DNA of 64,000 nucleotides from Saccostrea cucullata (Eukaryota): NCBI RefSeq assembly GCF_032062105.1, contig NW_026922894.1, positions 1 to 64,000 of the forward strand, read 5' to 3'. Shown piece by piece: positions 61,736 to 64,000 of this stretch (position 1 is its first letter; each line of letters starts with the position of its first letter). The notes under the pieces were generated by a model. It saw only the letters and a program-made list of their open reading frames with translations, ran no database searches and was not told where the DNA came from. The position numbers and the translations under genes were made by a program.

Positions 61736-62410
61736 CAGGGGAGGATCCAGCCATTTTTGAAAGGGGGTTCCAGGGTTGTGTCTCTCTAACCACCCCCCCC
61801 AACCCCCCAACCCCAACAAACTCTCAAGCGAAGATTGACACACACAAGTGGAAAGATCTAAGGTTGTGGTAAATATTATCTTTGTTTTACTTCCTTTTTT
61901 TCTTTGAAAACGTACCCCCAGTTCAAATAAAAAAATAAACACATTTCAAAAACTACTGAAGCCTTAAAATTTAATAGATTTGCAGCATTTCCAAAGAGTA
62001 TAAAGGATTTTTTTAGAATTCAAAAAACGTTTTTGGGGTAGGGTGCGGTTTAAATTAAAAAGTTACATGTTAGTTTCTTCAAAAAATATAATCAAAACAC
62101 GGTATATACATGAACATAGCCAACACAGCCAAAGATTGCAGGAATCTAATATCAAATAAAATCTCGCATGTTACATATCATACATAAAATTTATAAAAAT
62201 AAGTAGAATATTTCCTACCATTTTCTCATAAAAAAATAGTGAAGGTGAATGGAGGAAACTAAATGTGTGAGAATCAATCTATTCAATACATAAGTTAGGC
62301 GTACAAATGTTTACTAGAATTCTCGTTCTCTCTCTCTCTCTCTCTACACTTGACAAAAAATAAAAGGGGGTTCCAACCCCTGCCCCCCCCCCTCTCTGGA
62401 TCTGCCAATG
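61736..62410. mobile_element. MITE of the same class with 5-bp TSD TGAAA
   Basis: tgaaa|caggggaggatccag ... ctggatctgccaatg|tgaaa. Confidence 0.75.
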
Positions 62411-63534
62411 TGAAAAAAAAACACGTCTTACACAGATCATCAAGAAACAGATTCTCATCTAGTGGCAAAAGAAATAATTAAGATGCAGATTACTTGTTTC
62501 TGGAATTTTTAACCAGCATCTTGGGGCTTATGAATGAAGGTTAAGATTTTGTTGTATTGAAAGTTAAAATCAAAAACACCCAGATAATCTTCATAGAGAC
62601 ACTTGCAAAATATTTCACTAGATCAAAGACGAAAATAAAAAAAAAAACTCGCTGCACCACATCTATTTAACAAAATAGAAGAAAAATCAGCAACACATGT
62701 TTTTGATTTTTTTCCTTCTAAGTTTACAGATAATCTTCCCAATAAATCTAAGGAATGTTAAGTAGTCTCGAGTGTATTTTGTCTCAAGATTTGTACATGT
62801 ACAAATTACTATTACTACTTCTTGTGTTTTGCCATTGATTCTACGTACATAATAGAGCTACTCTTACTTGTATTTTGACGGCTCATATCGGCCATCGTAC
62901 AATCGAAAGCAGAGCAAACACGGAACACTGAAACATTAAGGTGGAATCAGGTGCTCGGGAAGAGTTAGCATGCCCTGTCGACCACAGACAACCGCAATTT
63001 GTTCCTTGTCATCATCAGGCAAAAAGAAAAAAACATTGTTGACGATTCAGTGTGTAAATTATGATCAACAATTGGTAAGAAAAACGCCAGTCGGCATTAA
63101 ATTTATGATAGATTTAAATTGCTTTTTAAGTCATTGCTTTGATTGTAGAACTTGGAAAATAATGAATATTAACGAGTTTTTTTAAATTTGCTTGTCTAAA
63201 AATTCATTTCTAGAGATGTACACTTCCAAACAATCAAAAAATTCTTCTTCAGGGCCATGTGGGCACCATTGCACTTTTATTGATTGTAATCTAATTTTTT
63301 GAAAAATATGTTAGCTGTTAGCTCTTATCATGCAAATCATTATTCAAATATTTTAAGCAGTACATGAATAGATAGCATTAACAAACGTCTTATTTGAACA
63401 CTACCTTGCATACTACTTTTGTCAATATTTCAAAACAAAGAATTCATTCTGTTTCTTTTTTTCTTGTTTCTTTGACTACAGCGTTTGTTAAATTGTGTAT
63501 GTTTGGTATCTATTTATTTTACCTAACTTCATAG

Positions 63535-63726
63535 TGGTCTCTCATCCAAACATACTTTTAGGATGTGAAGGATGAGAGACATTCTATGTAATGAGCCTGA
63601 GGCTCAAGAGGGTAGCATATAGCATTTTCTCCTTATGTAGCACATGATGCCCTCTTGAGCCTCATTCATTACACAGAATGTTTCTCATCCTTCACATCCC
63701 CTAAGGTCTGCTTGGATGAGAGACCA
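63535..63726. repeat. Palindromic MITE-like element (about 80-bp arms)
   Basis: tggtctctcatccaa..ggctcaagaggg pairs with ccctcttgagcc..ttggatgagagacca. Confidence 0.8.
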
Positions 63727-64000
63727 TGCTATTACATATCACCTTTTGGCTCTACGAGGGTATCATATAGCATATTCAAAGTGTTCTCCTCACAAAATAA
63801 CGAGCACAACAAGAAAATATTACTAAACAAATTGAACATTTAATCACTTCAAAAGATATCAGCCATTTCTTTATATAAAAGAAAAACTTAATATGAATTA
63901 CTGTTGTCTAACACTTTTAGCAAAAGCATTCTTTATAGGAATTTCTTTTAAATAATGTGCATGGATATTCCTTCCAGAGGTCCAGTTAGCTGTATCCATT

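Larger units (their letters stand above)
60517..62899. mobile_element. Young non-autonomous DNA transposon with about 220-bp near-identical TIRs and TSD CAATCG
   Basis: 60516-60735 is the reverse complement of 62681-62900 with about 2 mismatches. CAATCG at 60511-60516 and 62900-62905. Removing the element restores a continuous dispersed repeat. Confidence 0.88.

Noticed and set aside
62103-62220. Signal-peptide-like exon (FLQSLAVLAMFMYI) as the first exon of the small protein gene
   Set aside because: It lies inside a TSD-flanked MITE nested in the TIR element, and its phase does not join the 60017 exon in the hydrophobic frame.
45866-63200. Hammerhead ribozymes in the Penelope-like repeats
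   Set aside because: No CTGATGA..GAAA core with flanking helices could be identified by eye; a covariance-model search would be needed.

Overview
AT-rich, intron-containing animal DNA. The repeat landscape (HINE/Helentron-type satellite elements, Meta-type SINEs, Penelope-like tails) and the expanded C1q genes suggest a bivalve, probably an oyster (inference). The genes read by eye look like an innate-immunity cluster: two coiled-coil C1q-domain paralogues, three secreted LRR-only paralogues, a small 8-Cys secreted peptide plus a frameshifted paralogue, an 11-exon kringle + Cys-repeat type-I membrane receptor with an ITAM/ITSM-like tail, and a 3-exon small protein. The ORF track does not assemble the last two. 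The most striking element is a young, full-length PAT-like DIRS-order tyrosine-recombinase retrotransposon (3149-9388) with identical split direct repeats (A1..B1A2..B2). Its gag is split by in-frame GT-AG spliceosomal introns, its pol and YR frames both open at splice acceptors, and its B1/A2 junction forms a dif/loxP-like palindromic core site. The rest of the window is nested non-autonomous DNA transposons. All exon structures were derived by hand from splice signals and phase arithmetic; no database search was possible.
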